From Squalus acanthias (taxonomy: Eukaryota), in NCBI GenBank assembly GCA_030390025.1, contig CM059432.1:30258001-30322000 (forward strand): 64,000 nt of DNA, given 5' to 3'. Shown piece by piece: positions 50,433-63,339 of the stretch (its first letter is position 1; the number at the start of each line of letters is the position of its first letter). A model generated the notes under the pieces. It was not told the origin of the DNA. It saw only the letters and a program-made list of their open reading frames with translations, and ran no database searches. A program made the translations under genes and the position numbers.

Positions 50433-50880
50433 GGGGGGGGGGGGATTTTCCAGGGGGATCAGCAGGCACAATCAGTGGCTGGTCAGGTGGGAATTTTTTC
50501 CCCCCCCAGCAGATCAGGACCCCGCTGCGGACCCGCCGCCATGCACCTTTACCAAATGTCGGGTAGCCAGCGCTGAGCAGATCCGACACACAGCGGCGAG
50601 GGAGGTAATTGAAATCATTAGTGGCTTGTTTACAGTCACTTAATGCTTTTTTCTCAGCTTTTTGATTCTGACAGGTCGCCCACCGGTTTTCCGCTGTGCC
50701 TAGACCTCGTCAGTGAAGCTGAGGCGGGAGGTGACTTGCCATTGTTTCAGCTGATGAGTTGACAGCTTCAAATGTCAAGTCAAAGCTCCAAGCTGATTGA
50801 GATATGTTCCCTTAGACACTAGTTTCTCTAAACTGCATTTCCACTACAGATTCAGAATGCTGCAAGTCTTTACACAAGTC
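50433..50880 (+). mobile_element. Harbinger terminal fragment related to the family A left end
   Basis: ATTGAAATCATTA...GCTTGTTTA is shared with about 5535-5560. Only one terminus is seen. Confidence 0.5.
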
Positions 50881-51227
50881 TCCATCTGGGACATGAATGA
50901 AAGTTTGAAATTTCAGTGCAGTGCTGCGGGATGCTCCTGTGGATGAGATATTAAACCAAAGGTCTGCCTATTTCTGTGGTTCAGATAGAATCATTGACGT
51001 TTACTGAACAGAGGTGTAAGAAAGATTAGTATTTGGAGGTCTTTAGTAGATGAGAATCATATATGTATAAATTTAAGTGCCGCCATTGACCAACTAATAT
51101 TACCCATAATTCCCTGTGGGTATGGAAATATCGAGGCTTGTTCAAAATGCAGCCACGAGGACAGTCAGAAGCAGTTTTGACTAATCTCTGATAACAAACA
51201 GCCACAGGCTGAGAGTGAAGGTCAAAT

Positions 51228-51932
51228 TGTTAAATATCATATTATAATGCTAAGTAGGAATTAGAATTCGCTTAACAAAACTAATTGCAAAGATATTTAA
51301 AATATAATTAGTATAAGGAATGGAACATAAAATGAGAGAGATCATGGGAGTTAAGGTATCCATCTGGTAGATCAAAGTGAGATAGTCTGGACACCGTCAT
51401 GACCAGTGAAACAGCGCTGACATGGGCTGGGCCTTTGGTGTAGAAAGGTCTTGTACTACTTGAAGCTAGAAATAAGAGAGATAACATAAATTCCAATGAG
51501 GTGAAGAACTATAATCAACATAATGATGAAACAGGGTAGAGTTGTTGGAAAATTACTGAGCCAGGAGGAGTCAAGATGCTACCCTTAGTCTGAGTGACAA
51601 TGGTATTTTGACCATTAGAACCAATTAAAAAAGGTGATTTTGTTAAAGACCATATATGGACACTGGCCAAGCAAACTTTTGATAAGAAATGGGCTAAAAC
51701 CTTGATACTCGAAAACCAATTTTACACAGACTTACTGCGAGAACAAAGGAACAGACTTAAGACAACATCACCTGTGTCCGAGAGGTTGCAGAGACCAAGG
51801 GCTGTGAGCTACTCATTGAACTATTGCCTGTTGTTAAGTAAATTACGCTGTAAGCTTAATAAATCTTGATCTATTGCTCAAACTTACTGGCTGCTGCCTA
51901 TTGGTGTCTTGTCCAAGAACTCTGAGAAATCA
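51228..51932 (+). repeat. Solo-LTR-like sequence
   Basis: Approximate TG...CA bounds, TATA-like CATATAT near 51651 and AATAAA near 51858. No TSD confirmed. Confidence 0.35.
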
Positions 51933-51939
51933 TTATTGA

Positions 51940-52850
51940 TTACAGAGGGAAGCATTCAGCTCATCATGTCTACGCTGGCTCTTTGCTTGAGCAATCCAAA
52001 ACAAATCCCACCGGCCTGTGCTTTCCCTATAGCCCTGTATCTTCCTCTGCTTCAAACATTTATCCTGTTTTTCCCTTAAAAGATGCAATGGTCTCTGCCG
52101 CTTCCATTCCCTGTGACAAAACGTCCATCCTTCAACAACCCTCTGCATAAAGACTTTGCTAGTAACCTCTCTTCTCTTGGCAATTTTAAGTTGATTACCC
52201 TTCATCGCTCACTTCCCAACCATCAGACATTTCCCTAGGCACTATCTAAACCCTTCATAATTTTAAAAACCTCCAATAAATATCCTTCTAGCTTTCTCTG
52301 ATCCAGTGGAAATAGTCCCAGTATCAAGTTAGACATTAAAGATCTCATAGTGCTATTCAAAGTATTTCTGGACTCCTGGCCAATATTATCCCCTCAACCA
52401 ATACCGTTAACCGATTAATTTGTCACTCATCTCAATGCTGATTGTGGGATCCTGCTGTGTGCATTTGCCTCCTTAATCCTTTTTGTACCTGTGGACTAGC
52501 TTTTAGTGATTTGTATATTTGGACACCCTTTGCTCCTCCAGTTTCTAATCCCTCGCCATTAAGAAAATATTCCAATTTGTCTTTCTTCGATCCAAAGTGG
52601 ATTACCTGACACATCCCCACATTGAACGCATTGTTGCTCCATAACTCTCCAACCTCCTCAAGCACTACATCCCAGCACACTCACTCTACTTATCTAACTC
52701 TGTTTATCTCTATGACTCCCCCTTCACTCCTCTCCACCTGTGCTGGCACAGCCTTCAGTTATCATTCCCCATTACTCTAGAATTCCTTTCCTAAAGCCAT
52801 ACCTTGCCGCATCTTTCTTCTAACTTGCAAAGGTCTCCTTGAAACAGATT
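51940..52850. mobile_element. Old CR1, Deu-SINE and L2 fragments
   Basis: Degenerate similarity to the other copies (minus-strand CQVIHFGSKK..LEYFLNGE; CCTGGCCAATATT). Confidence 0.55.
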
Positions 52851-54751
52851 GGGCTGGATTTTGCCAGCCCCGAGGAGGCGAGTTTGAAGGCGGGTCAGGT
52901 GGCAAAGTTGCAAAAAATGGAGTTGGGCTGCGATCCCGCCTCCAACCCGCCTCTGCGCAACTTTCCCAAAAGCGGGCTGGCAGACTCCATTTCAGTCCCG
53001 CCTCCAAGCGGACCAGTTAATACCTCTATAATCCCATTTTGAGAGGCCTTTCAGAGTTTACCACATTTCCCGCATGCTGCACGTCTCCCCAGGAACACGC
53101 CAGCTAATCCTGTCGGGTTCACAAGTGGTTGGCTTACTAACAGCTGCAGCTCCACCATAAAAACAGCGTCTTCCACAATTATCATTTGCAGGTGGCAGAA
53201 CTTTCTTTTCTCAGGTCTTGGAGAACTTTTTGCCGGTCTACTGATTTTGGAAGGGTTGAAGCTGAGTTTCATCTGCACTGTGACCTCCTGGGAAAACCCT
53301 CTCCCCACCTTGACTGAGTGCTTCCTCAGCAGAGGTGTATATACCTGGAGCATGGGAACCATTTATTTCCTTTCCTCCTGGACCTCAGATTCGGACGAAG
53401 ACCAGCCGCGGCAGCACCAGAACCCGGAACAACAGCAGCACCAACAACACCAGGAGCGCCAACCTGCTGCTCACCCACCTGAAGCTGCACAGGCCAGAAG
53501 GCGCCAGCGCAGGGAAGGACGTCGCCGCAGGAGATACCCCCAAAACAGGGTTTACAGACAGAGGATGAACTACCTCAACATGACTGAGCAGCAGTGCCAA
53601 AGGAGGCTCAGACTTTCGTGAGAGGTAGTGGGTGACATCTGCGCAATGCTGCAGCAAGACCTGGAGCCCAGAGGAGCGGGTGGACACCCCTTACCAGTGG
53701 CCGTAAAAGTCACCACCGCACTCAACTTTTTTGCTTCAGGCTCATTCCAGGGATCAACAGCAGACATCAGCGGCATCTCCCAGGCGGCCGCACACACCTG
53801 CATCACGCAGGTAACCGATGCCCTCTTTGCCATCGCGCACAATTACATCAATTTCTCCAAGGATCAAGCAAGTGTCACCGCGCGTGGTTGGATTTGCTAA
53901 TCTGGCAGGCTTTCCAAGGGTGCAGGGCGTCGTTGACTGCACACGTGGCCCTTAAGGCACCCCATCACAATCCAGGTATTTTTGTCAACCGCAAGGGCTT
54001 CCACTCCCTCAACGTGCAGCTGGTGTGTGACCACAAGAAGGAAATTTTGCATGTTTGCGCCAAGTACCCTGGCAGTTGCCATGACTCCTTCATCCTGCGG
54101 AAGTCCAGTGTGCCTCCACTCTTCAGTCCGCCAGACCAACTTTGCGGATGGCTAGTTGGAGACAAGGGCTATCCCCTGAAGACGTGGCTAATGATGCCAT
54201 TCAGGAGGCCATCCAACGAAGCTGAGGAGTGCAACAACTCCAGCCACATTTCCACCAGATCCATTATCGAGCAAACCATCGGCTTGCTGAAGATGCGATT
54301 CAGATGACTTGATAGATCAGGTGGAGCCCTGCAGTACTCAGCAGCCAGGGTCTCCAGAATCGTCGTGGTCTGCTGTGCACTTCACAAAACTTCACTGGTC
54401 ATCTTCCAAAATTCTATAGACTCTGGAACAGTTCCCATGGATTGGGAACTTTCTGTGGTGATGCGTTCATGCGCCAATGCCTCCACAAAGGCTTTGCTCA
54501 CGTTAGCGATGGACTCTTCCATCCGCTCCACACTCGCAGTTACCCTGGAGACAAAACCTGCCATAGAATCCTGCACCTGCACGAGTTCCAGGACCAAAAG
54601 ACTCATTGGGCCAAGGGTTCCCACACGTTGGAAATCAAGTGCCCAATTAGGGCAAAATCGCTAAATTATCCCGCCTCACATCGGAGGCAGGAGTGGGAAC
54701 CGCCGACCACCTGACCTGCCCCCAACCCGCCCCCAATGACAAAATCCAGCC
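52851..54751 (+). mobile_element. Harbinger family C-like, internally deleted mosaic copy
   Basis: TIR GGGCTGGATTTT/AAAATCCAGCC. Order: transposase, CR1 filler, Myb fragment, terminal region. Confidence 0.88.
53352..54387 (+). pseudogene. Harbinger C transposase with stops, frameshifts and a 3' truncation
   Basis: [35 protein letters not shown] and [13 protein letters not shown]. Confidence 0.9.
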
Positions 54752-54774
54752 TTCTGTTTCATCCTGCAGTTTTA

Positions 54775-55265
54775 ATAGAATCATTGAAATTTACAGCACG
54801 GAAGGAGGCCATTTCGGCCCATCGTGTCCGCATCGGCCGACAAAGAGCTATCCAGCCTAATCCACTTTCCAGCTCTTGGTCCGTAGCCCTGTAGGTTACG
54901 GCAAATCAAGTGCACATCCAAGCAATTTTTAAATGTGGTGAGGGTTTCTGCCTCTACCAACCTTTCAGGCAGTGAGTTCAAGACCCCCCACCACCAAGCT
55001 CTGGGTGAAGAAATTACCCCTCAAATTCTCTCTAAACCTCCTACCAATTACTTTAAATTTATGCCCCCTGGTTGTTGATCCTTCCTATCCACTCTATCTA
55101 GGCCCGTCATAATTTTATACAACTCAATAAGGTCTCCCTTCAGCCTCCTCTGTTCCAAAGAAAACAAACCCAGCCTATCCAATCTTTCCTCGTAGCTAAA
55201 ATTCTCCAGTCCAGGCAACATCCTCGTAAATCTCCTCTGTACCCGCTCTACTGCAATCACCTTCT
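54775..55265 (-). mobile_element. CR1 LINE 3' fragment
   Basis: ERVQRRFTRMLPGL..FSYEERLDRLGLFSLE. Confidence 0.85.
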
Positions 55266-55479
55266 CTATTCCTCTGGGAATTTCCTTAGGACTTCTCCCG
55301 CTCCACCACTGTAACTTCAACGGATATCCCGTTTATGCGTGTAAATGGGGTTTCTGACAAACTTCTGCTAAAGTTATGGTGGTGGAGCAGGACCCTCAGT
55401 GACCAGCACCTCTTTTGTAAATACTCGACTATTCCAATGCTGTCCTGGCTGACCTCCAATCCTTCACCCTCCAATCCTC

Positions 55480-56120
55480 CATAAATGTAAACTCATCCAA
55501 AACTCTGCTGCCCGTATCCTAATACTCACCCATCATCCCCTGTGGTCTCTGACCTATATTGGTTCCTGGTCCACCAACGCCTCAAAATTAAATTCTCATC
55601 CTCATGTTCCAATGCCTCCATGGCCTTGCCTTTTCCTATCTCTGTAACCTCCTCCAGCTCCACAACCCTCCGAGAACTCTGCGTTCCTCCAATTCTGGCC
55701 TCTTGTGCATCCCACACTTCCTTCGCCCAACAATTGGCGGCAATACCTTCAGCCGTTTAGACCCTAAGCTCATGAATTCCCTCCCCAAGCCACTTTGTCT
55801 CTCCACCTTTCTCTCCTCCTTTAAGACTTTTAATACCTGTCTCTTTGACCAAGTTGTTAATCATCCCTCCTAATGTCTCCTTCATTGGCTCGGTATCAAT
55901 TTCTGTCTGATTACGCTCCCAGGAAATGCCTACATTAAAGGTGCTGTAAATGCTTGTTGTTGTTGTTGTTGTAAAGCACCTTGAGAAAATTTGGATGATC
56001 AGCCATGATCGCATTGAATGGCGGAGCAGGCTAGAGGGGCCGAATGGCCTACTCCTGCTCCTATCTTCTATGATTCTATGATTCTATGTTACATTAAAGG
56101 CACTATATAAATCCCACTTG
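55480..56120 (+). mobile_element. L2-like 3' end with a nested HE1/CR1-type tail (about 55990-56088)
   Basis: LHGLA.SYLCNLLQ..NPPRTLRSSNSGLL, then (TGT)n and (ATTCTATG)n. Confidence 0.7.
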
Positions 56121-57137
56121 TCTTGGAAAAACTCCATTTACAACTGCAACATTTCAATATTCTTACATTTTCACAGGAACCAAGATTTGAATGTCAGTAG
56201 ATAATTACATGCCATCATTTTCAGAGAAAGAGAAAGCATAATCTTTTTAAAATGCAAGAAATACACATGTAATTATGCTCTTGATTCTCATTATTCACAC
56301 TCATATGCAAATTTTATATTCATTTCTGCTTCTTTAATTTGGCTCAATAAAATGAAGTCTGACTTCAGAGAATAGAACATCCTGTCTATTTGCATCTGCT
56401 GATGAGAATTTTAAAGCTAAGTGTTCTGCAGGTGTTTCTTGGAAAAAATATGGCTGTGATTTTAATCAGAATTTCTGTTTGTAAATTCCACTTGAGGCAA
56501 ACACACTGGCACTGAAAACAAATTTATTGCATTGCTGTCTCAGTGCTCTTGCTTGATACATACACAATGGCTGCTGTATTTACCTAAATAACAGCAGCAT
56601 TTCAAAGAATATATATAAAGCACTTTGGGGTAAAAATTCAGTTGGTTGCGCCTCCCGTTAACGCCTTAAGAGGGCGCTAATGGGGCGCAAAGCTGCTAGC
56701 GCCCGGGCGCAGCGATGTTTGCGCCGTGCGGGAACTTAACTAGACATTGTGCGGCGGCGCTAAACTTTACCGCTGCGACCACCTGCGTGCGCAGATTGTG
56801 ACGTCATTCCATGGTGCAATGCCCTTGTGGCGCCCCGGAGCGGAAATTGAGTGGCGCCCCCTGCCTTACCGCCTGGCGCATCCAACGACCGGAAGACTGG
56901 AACGCTATCAATCGCTGTGGGGCTGGGGGGGGCGCTATTTAAAGGGGGCCTCTTCCTGTCTTTTTCTGTGGTTGACATTTTTGCACCACTCGTTCTGAGA
57001 GAGAGAGAGAGATTCAGAGAGAGAGAAAGAGAGACTTCTGCATCGAGTCAACGCTTTGTGAGGTAGTTTTGCCTACTGATCCTGACTTCGCTGGTACTTT
57101 GGTTGCTGTCCTTCATAACTTTGCTTGCAAAGAGACT

Positions 57138-58298
57138 ATGGGGGCTGCACTGAATGGGGGCGTCGTCCTGCTCCAGCTGAATCGGAGGACACAGAGACGC
57201 AGAGAGAGAGTGGCAATGATGGCCAGACAGAGGAGGGCCAACAGGCGTCTGTACAGGAGAGCTTACCCTCCCAGGGTATATCGTGAACAGCTCTCCTACA
57301 TTCATTTGTCTGAGGAGCTGTGTTTGCGAAGGCTGCGATTCAGCAAGGAGGTGGTCACTGAGCTCTGCCATCTGCTGCAGCCAGATCTGCAGCCTCAACT
57401 GAGGTCCAAGACGTCTTTGTCGGTGGCAGTGAAGGTCACAGTGGCTCTCAACTTCTATGCTACTGGCTCATTTCAAGCTGCTGCTGGGGACCTCGCCAAT
57501 ATCTCCCAGTTCGCGGTGCATTGCTGCATCCGGCAGGTCACAAATGCCCTCTTTAAAAGGAGACGAGAGTTCATCTCTTTCCCCATGACCCCAGACAAGC
57601 AGCGTGACCGCGCTCTGGGCTTTGCGAGGATAGCGGGCTTCCCCATGGTGCAGGGCGCCATTGACTGCACGCATGTGGCTTTGCGTGCTCCACATGAGAA
57701 TGCCGAGGAATTCCGGAACAGAAAGGGGTTCCATTCCTTGAATGTTCAGTTGGTCTGTGACCACAGACAGCTGATACTCGCTGTCAATGCCCACTATCCT
57801 GGCAGCTGCCACGATGCTTTCATCCTGCGCTAGACTACTGTGGCAGAACTTTTCGAGGCACCGCATCAGCCAGTTGGTTGGCTTCTCGGGGACAAGGGGT
57901 ATCCATTGAGCACCTGGCTGATGACACCGCTCCGTACGCCCAACACCCCTGCTGAGCTGCGGTACAACGAGAGCCATCAAGCTACCAGGAACATCATTGA
58001 GCGTACAATCGGCGTGCTGAAGCAACGGTTCCGCTGTCTCGACTATTCTGGAGGAGCCCTGCAGTACTCGCCTGAGCGAGTATCCAACTTCGTAGTTGTG
58101 TGCTGCATGTTGCATAACATGGCAATCGTCAGGACCCAGCCAATGCCACCAGGCCTTGGAGCACCACCAGAGGAGGAGGAGGAAGAGGAGGAAGAGGACG
58201 AGGAGGATGATCATCAGCAGCACCAAGGCGGGAGGGCGGCCCACAATGGTGAAACTGCAAGGGCCGTCCGTCAACGGCTGATAGCAAGCCGCTTCTAG
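57138..58298 (+). pseudogene. Harbinger B3 transposase with a single premature stop at 57831 (CAG in the other copies)
   Basis: Otherwise in frame and collinear with copy 1. Retains LLGDKGYP. Confidence 0.92.
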
Positions 58299-58610
58299 GG
58301 CCCCTGCTGTGGAAATGGCTTCTGCCATTGCTAACAACATCAATGAACCCAGCAAGCAACCCCTAAGCCGGCCAAGGCACCAATGATTCCAAACACCAAA
58401 CATGTATATTTTGAATACAAAAACTTATTTATTTTACAAACTCTGTGTGTGTCATTTCCTCATGACAAACTCATAGAAATAAACACAAAAAAACAGTCAT
58501 TAACGTAACTGGTTCCCACAACCTGGAGATAATGTCCAAAACACTAGACAAAAGTTGGACCACGAACCTCGGCCTTTAATAAAAAAATGACCAGCATTTT
58601 GTCACACCTC

Positions 58611-60592
58611 CTACTTTTTGCCCTTCGAGGGTGATCTCCTTCCCTTGCGCACTTCCCCCCTTCTAACCCTACTGCTCCTCCGTAATGGGACCTCAGTGGC
58701 TGCAGCAAGGCTGGTGGAAGGCTGCAGATTGTCAGACCCTGACACTGCAGATGCCCCTGAAGGACGGCCTCGACCAGTTCTGGGCCTGGAGGGCCCGGCT
58801 GCAGACTGCACCAACTCTGCATGGGCGGCAGCAGTCTGTCCTACAGGCGGTGGCAAGTGCAGTGGAGAAGTGACAGTGTTGGCAGCAGGAATGCTGTCAT
58901 CGTGAGAGAGGACAGCAACTCCCTGCTCGGCCGACACACTGGCACTCCCACGGGGCAGCACTTCAGCATCCGGAGCAATCTGCTGGAGCACAGATTGCTG
59001 GCCTGCTGCGGCGCGGTGAGAGCCCCGGGGACATGTGAACGAACCATCGAGGTTGGCAGCAGTCAGTGCTCGCGTGGCCTCAATCTGAGTCTGCATGAGA
59101 GCAGTCAGAGATGGGATCACGGCAGTCAGTGACTGAATTGCAGCACTAAGCATTAGTGTGGCATCCGCCTGTGCTACAGCGAAGTGCTTCACACTCCTTG
59201 CCAGTGACTCAATGCATTCGGGCACCCTTCCCATTGCACCCATGAGCTCAGTGTGCATGCCCACCGCCTGGGTGTTCATTTCTGCGATCAGCCGCTCCTC
59301 CTCTGCGTCCATTGCAGTAGGAGTCGCTGGCAAAATCTCCCTCTGGGGAGAAGGCCCCCGTTCTTCTCTACCCCCGTGGCGTTGCTGCAGCCCACTGGGT
59401 CCTGGAGCTTCACCCTCATCAGACCCTTCCCCCCTGCTCCCCTCCAGGGAAGGCGTGTTCCCAGTGTGGGCATGGGCTTCCTCGGGAGAGGGTGGCACTG
59501 ATGCTCCGGCTTCCTCTTCCTCCTCGGCTGCAGCTTCACTCCCACTGGCAGCTTCAGGGCCCGTCTCCTCAGCTGGTGAATCACCATCTGAAAGCAGGGA
59601 GGTACAAGAGTGGCTTTAGCGTGAGGACAGGGTGGCAGTAAGGGAGGAATAAGTGCAGCGAGTTAGCAAGTTGGATTGAAAGTGTCAAAGGCTGGTGTTG
59701 TGAGGGACAAGTGGAAGGACAGAGGACAAAAAGGTGATGACCTTACCATTGCTGTCCAGAACGGGGTCGGCGTCTCCAGTGGCGACGGGACCGATCACCC
59801 GGCTTGCCACAATCCTGTGGACGCGCTCCTCAAGATCGCTGAGGGGTTGCAGCTGAGGCCGCCCTCCACCTGTCCATTGCTGCTGTCTCCTATTATGCGA
59901 CAGCTTGGCCTGCAAGTAAAAGGATAGCATCTGAGTAAATATACAGCTATGGTCTTGTCTGATGTGCCTCCCATAGGTGAATAGCCCTTACTGTATGCAG
60001 CCATGGTCTTGCCTGATGTGCCTCCCATAGGTGAATAGCCCTTACTGTATGCAGCCATGGTCTTGCCTGATGTGCCTCCCATAGGTGAATAGCCCTTACA
60101 ATATGCAGCCATGGTCTTGCCTGATGTGCCTCCCATAGGTGAATAGCCCTTACTGTATGCAGCCATGGTCTTGCCTGATGTGCCTCCCATAGGTGAATAG
60201 CCCTTACTGTATGCAAAGTGTGGAATGTGTGTGTGTGTTTCATGAAAGGGCCATAGGTGTTGGATGAGTGTTGTGCATTGGGGTTTTAAGACCCTCTGGC
60301 CATAGAGTGAGGTTGAGATGGAGGGATGGAGAGGTATTGAGAAAAAGCCACTCACCCTGACGACCCGAGTGAGGTCGTTGAACTTTTTGCGGCATTGAAC
60401 ATGGGTCCTGGGCAGCATGCTCCTGGAGGAGACGCTCTGAGCCACCTCCCTCCACACTCTTCTGTACTCGCGTGGCAAAGGCCTCCTGCCACTCTCAGGG
60501 AAGAGTATACATCTTCTGCGCTCCACCGCGCCAACCAGAGCATCCAAGGCCCGCTCGGTGAAGCGCTGAGCTCGTTCTCTCACCCTCTCCAT
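58611..60592 (-). CDS. Myb/SANT-like partner protein, 458 aa; exons 60592-60356, 59909-59747, 59587-58611
   Basis: In-frame GT-AG splicing identical in layout to copy 1. Confidence 0.88.
59944..60213. repeat. 54-bp tandem repeat x5 in Myb intron 1
   Basis: Same unit as 25073-25234. Confidence 0.95.
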
Positions 60593-61385
60593 CCTTGGCA
60601 GCAAAATGGATTCACAGGTCTCTCCAGGCCGAGATTCAAGGCTGCAATGAGCAGGGTGTGGCTGGGGAGCAAGTTGGCCCCCCCGCTTTAAGAACTGGCC
60701 GGCGCCAGTGTGTCTGTGTTCCCTCGCTAACTGGCAGCACCTGCGCTGCGCTCGCGCGCTGAGTTAGCGCCTCACTGCTCGGCCTTTGCGCCTTAAGACA
60801 GGTGTGCAGCGCCTGATTTAGCGTTCCACTCACCTCCCGGGGCGGTAAAAGTGAAGTTTCCAGTCAGTGGCGATAATTAACGCCAGGTGCTAATTTTTGC
60901 GTCCAGACGATATTTGCGCCCCAAACGGGGCGCGACTGAATTTTTCCCCCTTTGAGTCTTGTGATACGGTGTTGTATTGGTGCAAGTCTTTTTGTTTTCT
61001 GGGCCTGCAAATTTCTCACAGCAATGTTTAAAAAAATCATTACTTAGTGACCAGAGCTAGATTCAAGGTACAGTCTGACCAGAGCACTGTGCAGTTTGAA
61101 CGCTACGGGCTGGATTTTGATACTGGGGCAGGTTGGGGTCGTGTTATCCGCTTTTCGTGTTGCCCACCCGAGTCTAGATCGATGTGGGAGAATGATGCGA
61201 TTTTAACTTAATTGGCCAATTGAGTTCCAACGTGTGGGAACCCATGGCCAATGAGTTATTCCAGTCTGAAAGTCGCCTCCGATGACGTCATCATTGCTGC
61301 TACATTTAAGGTCTGCAACAAGCCTTGCTTCTTCTACAGACTGCCAAGCTTTTGGACTTGTGTCTTAGAGGCAACTGCAGGAGGA

Positions 61386-63339
61386 ATGGCCAGCCAAAGA
61401 TCAGGTCTGGTCCCAGATTCGATGACGTTGCCCTGCAAGCTTTAGTGGAGGGAGCAAGAGCCAACAAAGAGGTGCTCTTCCCTTCCTCAGGGAGGAAGAA
61501 GCCTCCCCAACACACCAAGGCTGTGTGGGTCCAGGTCTCCCAGGAGGTCAACTCTTTATCCATAACCCGCAGAACCTGGCTCCAGTGCAGGAAGAGGTTT
61601 CATGACCTTCTACGCACTGCAAAAGTGAGTATGACTTTCCCTTCACCCTCAATCTGATCCCCATTGTCTCTCCTCACCAGCACTCAGCTTTAGCAACCTC
61701 TTCCTCCATATCCCACTTGACACTGACATCCATGCACCCTTACCCCTCTATGGTCACATTCACCTTACTATTCGACTATGCAGCCCTCACACTCCCTAAC
61801 ACTGTCATGCTATGAAAACAACTTACAACACACAGGGAGGGCCCTTGGTCTTGCCACCTCACTCCATCTTTGTCTCCTTCTAAGCATCTATGCTATGGAT
61901 TCTCTGCACTCACTGCTTGAATCTCACTCAAACTCCACTTGTCTCCCTCATTGCAGGAAAAGAGAGCTCACAATAAAAGGGAAAGAGCCAGGACAGGAGG
62001 AGGGCCACCCTCAGTAGTCCAGCTCACCCCCTGGGAGGATGCGGTCCTGGAGATCGTGGGAGTGGAGGATGATACGCAAGTGGGGGACGGACAGACGGGT
62101 GCATCACAGCAAGCTGGTGACAGAATAGTTTTCCATCTCTCTCATTGACATGGCATGAGTCGCTGATAATGAATCTGAAGCTCTAACAGATGGATTTATG
62201 ATCATCTGCAATATGCAATGTGCATGTAACCTTGGCATCACATCTCTGACTCTTTCCTTTACTCCCCACAGAACCATCGCAAGCACCCATCCCCACTAGC
62301 CAGGAGGAAGAGCCTGAGCATCCAGACTCCTCAGAGGAAGCTGCAACCTCTGAGGGTGCAGCGTCAGCAGAATTCAGCGCACCCAGCACCAGCGCAGTGA
62401 CTCACACCTCGGTGGGAACCTCGGGACATAGAGTAGTTTTGTCACCTGGTGTATCACAGCTCACAAGTGAGCATCAGCAGATGGTGGAGACAGAGACAGC
62501 AGTGGAGAGTCCTAGTCAGAGGGCGCAGGACTCTCCTAGCTCGGCTCAGCTGCATGTCGACCCTCTGCCTCTGGGGCCATCCATAAGATCAGTGGTGCTG
62601 GAACTCCAGGAACAGATGCAGGAGTCTCTGACAAGTTTTGTCTCCAGGGTCGCTGCAAGTGTGGAGCGAATGGAGGAGTCCATAGCGAACATGAGCAGAG
62701 CTTTTGTGGAGTCATTGGCGCATGAACGCATCACCATGGAAAGGATGGCAACCTCCATGCAAAGGATGGCTACAGTAGAGGAGAGGATGGCTACGGCTAT
62801 GGAGGAGATAAGTCGCCAGAGTGTAGAAAACATGGTCGTTGTTCAGAAGAGACTGGCATCTCTTGAGGAGCGATGGTCATCTATTGAACACAGAAACCAG
62901 ACCTTCATGGAAGTCCTTCTGAGTAGGACTTCCAGTGCAGATACAGGTCCCCATGGCCCCCCCTGATGTGCAGCAAGGTGCTCTCAATCCACTTGCAAGC
63001 GCTGAGGTGGACCTGACCCATGAGATGGATGTTGGTGGCAGACAACAAGGAAGTGGGGGCTCCTCTCCAAGCACTCACACTTCCATTCCACTGACAAGTC
63101 ATCGGTCAGAGCCCCACCAGAGTCCGCACCCAACTGAGATCAGCGTCTCAACCCCTGCCCAGCCACAGGAGCAGCAGACTGTTGCCGAGCCTTCGCAGGT
63201 TCGCAACCCCAGACGACGCCCGCCAAAGGTGTCAAGACAGGAGCAGCAACAAACTGAGCAGGGGGCCGCCACCTCTGCTGAAGCCACAGGGGAAGCACCA
63301 CGTAGGAGCATGCGTAAGAGAAAGATACTGCACAAATAG
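61386..63339 (+). pseudogene. Harbinger C Myb/SANT-like gene; exons approx. 61386-61624, 61957-62116, 62272-63339; two apparent frameshifts
   Basis: PRFDDVALQALV...WLQCRKRFHDLLRTAK followed by GTGAGT. Exon 2 begins EKRAHNKRERARTGGG. Coiled-coil-like MERMATSMQRMAT. Frameshifts near 61403 and in a C run near 62960. Confidence 0.82.

Larger units (their letters stand above)
56627..60950 (+). mobile_element. Harbinger family B copy 3 (4324 bp)
   Basis: 16-bp TIR GGGGTAAAAATTCAGT/ACTGAATTTTTCCCCC. TSD TTT. Confidence 0.97.

Noticed and set aside
57468..58403. Long antisense ORFs over the transposases (also 22612-23418)
   Set aside because: These are shadow frames of GC-rich coding sequence with no recognisable motifs.
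59944..60213. CRISPR-like array
   Set aside because: The units are head-to-tail with no unique spacers, and the context is eukaryotic.
21771..60950. Segmental duplication explaining the three similar 4-5 kb blocks
   Set aside because: Similarity stops at the TIRs, and each copy has different flanks and a different TSD.
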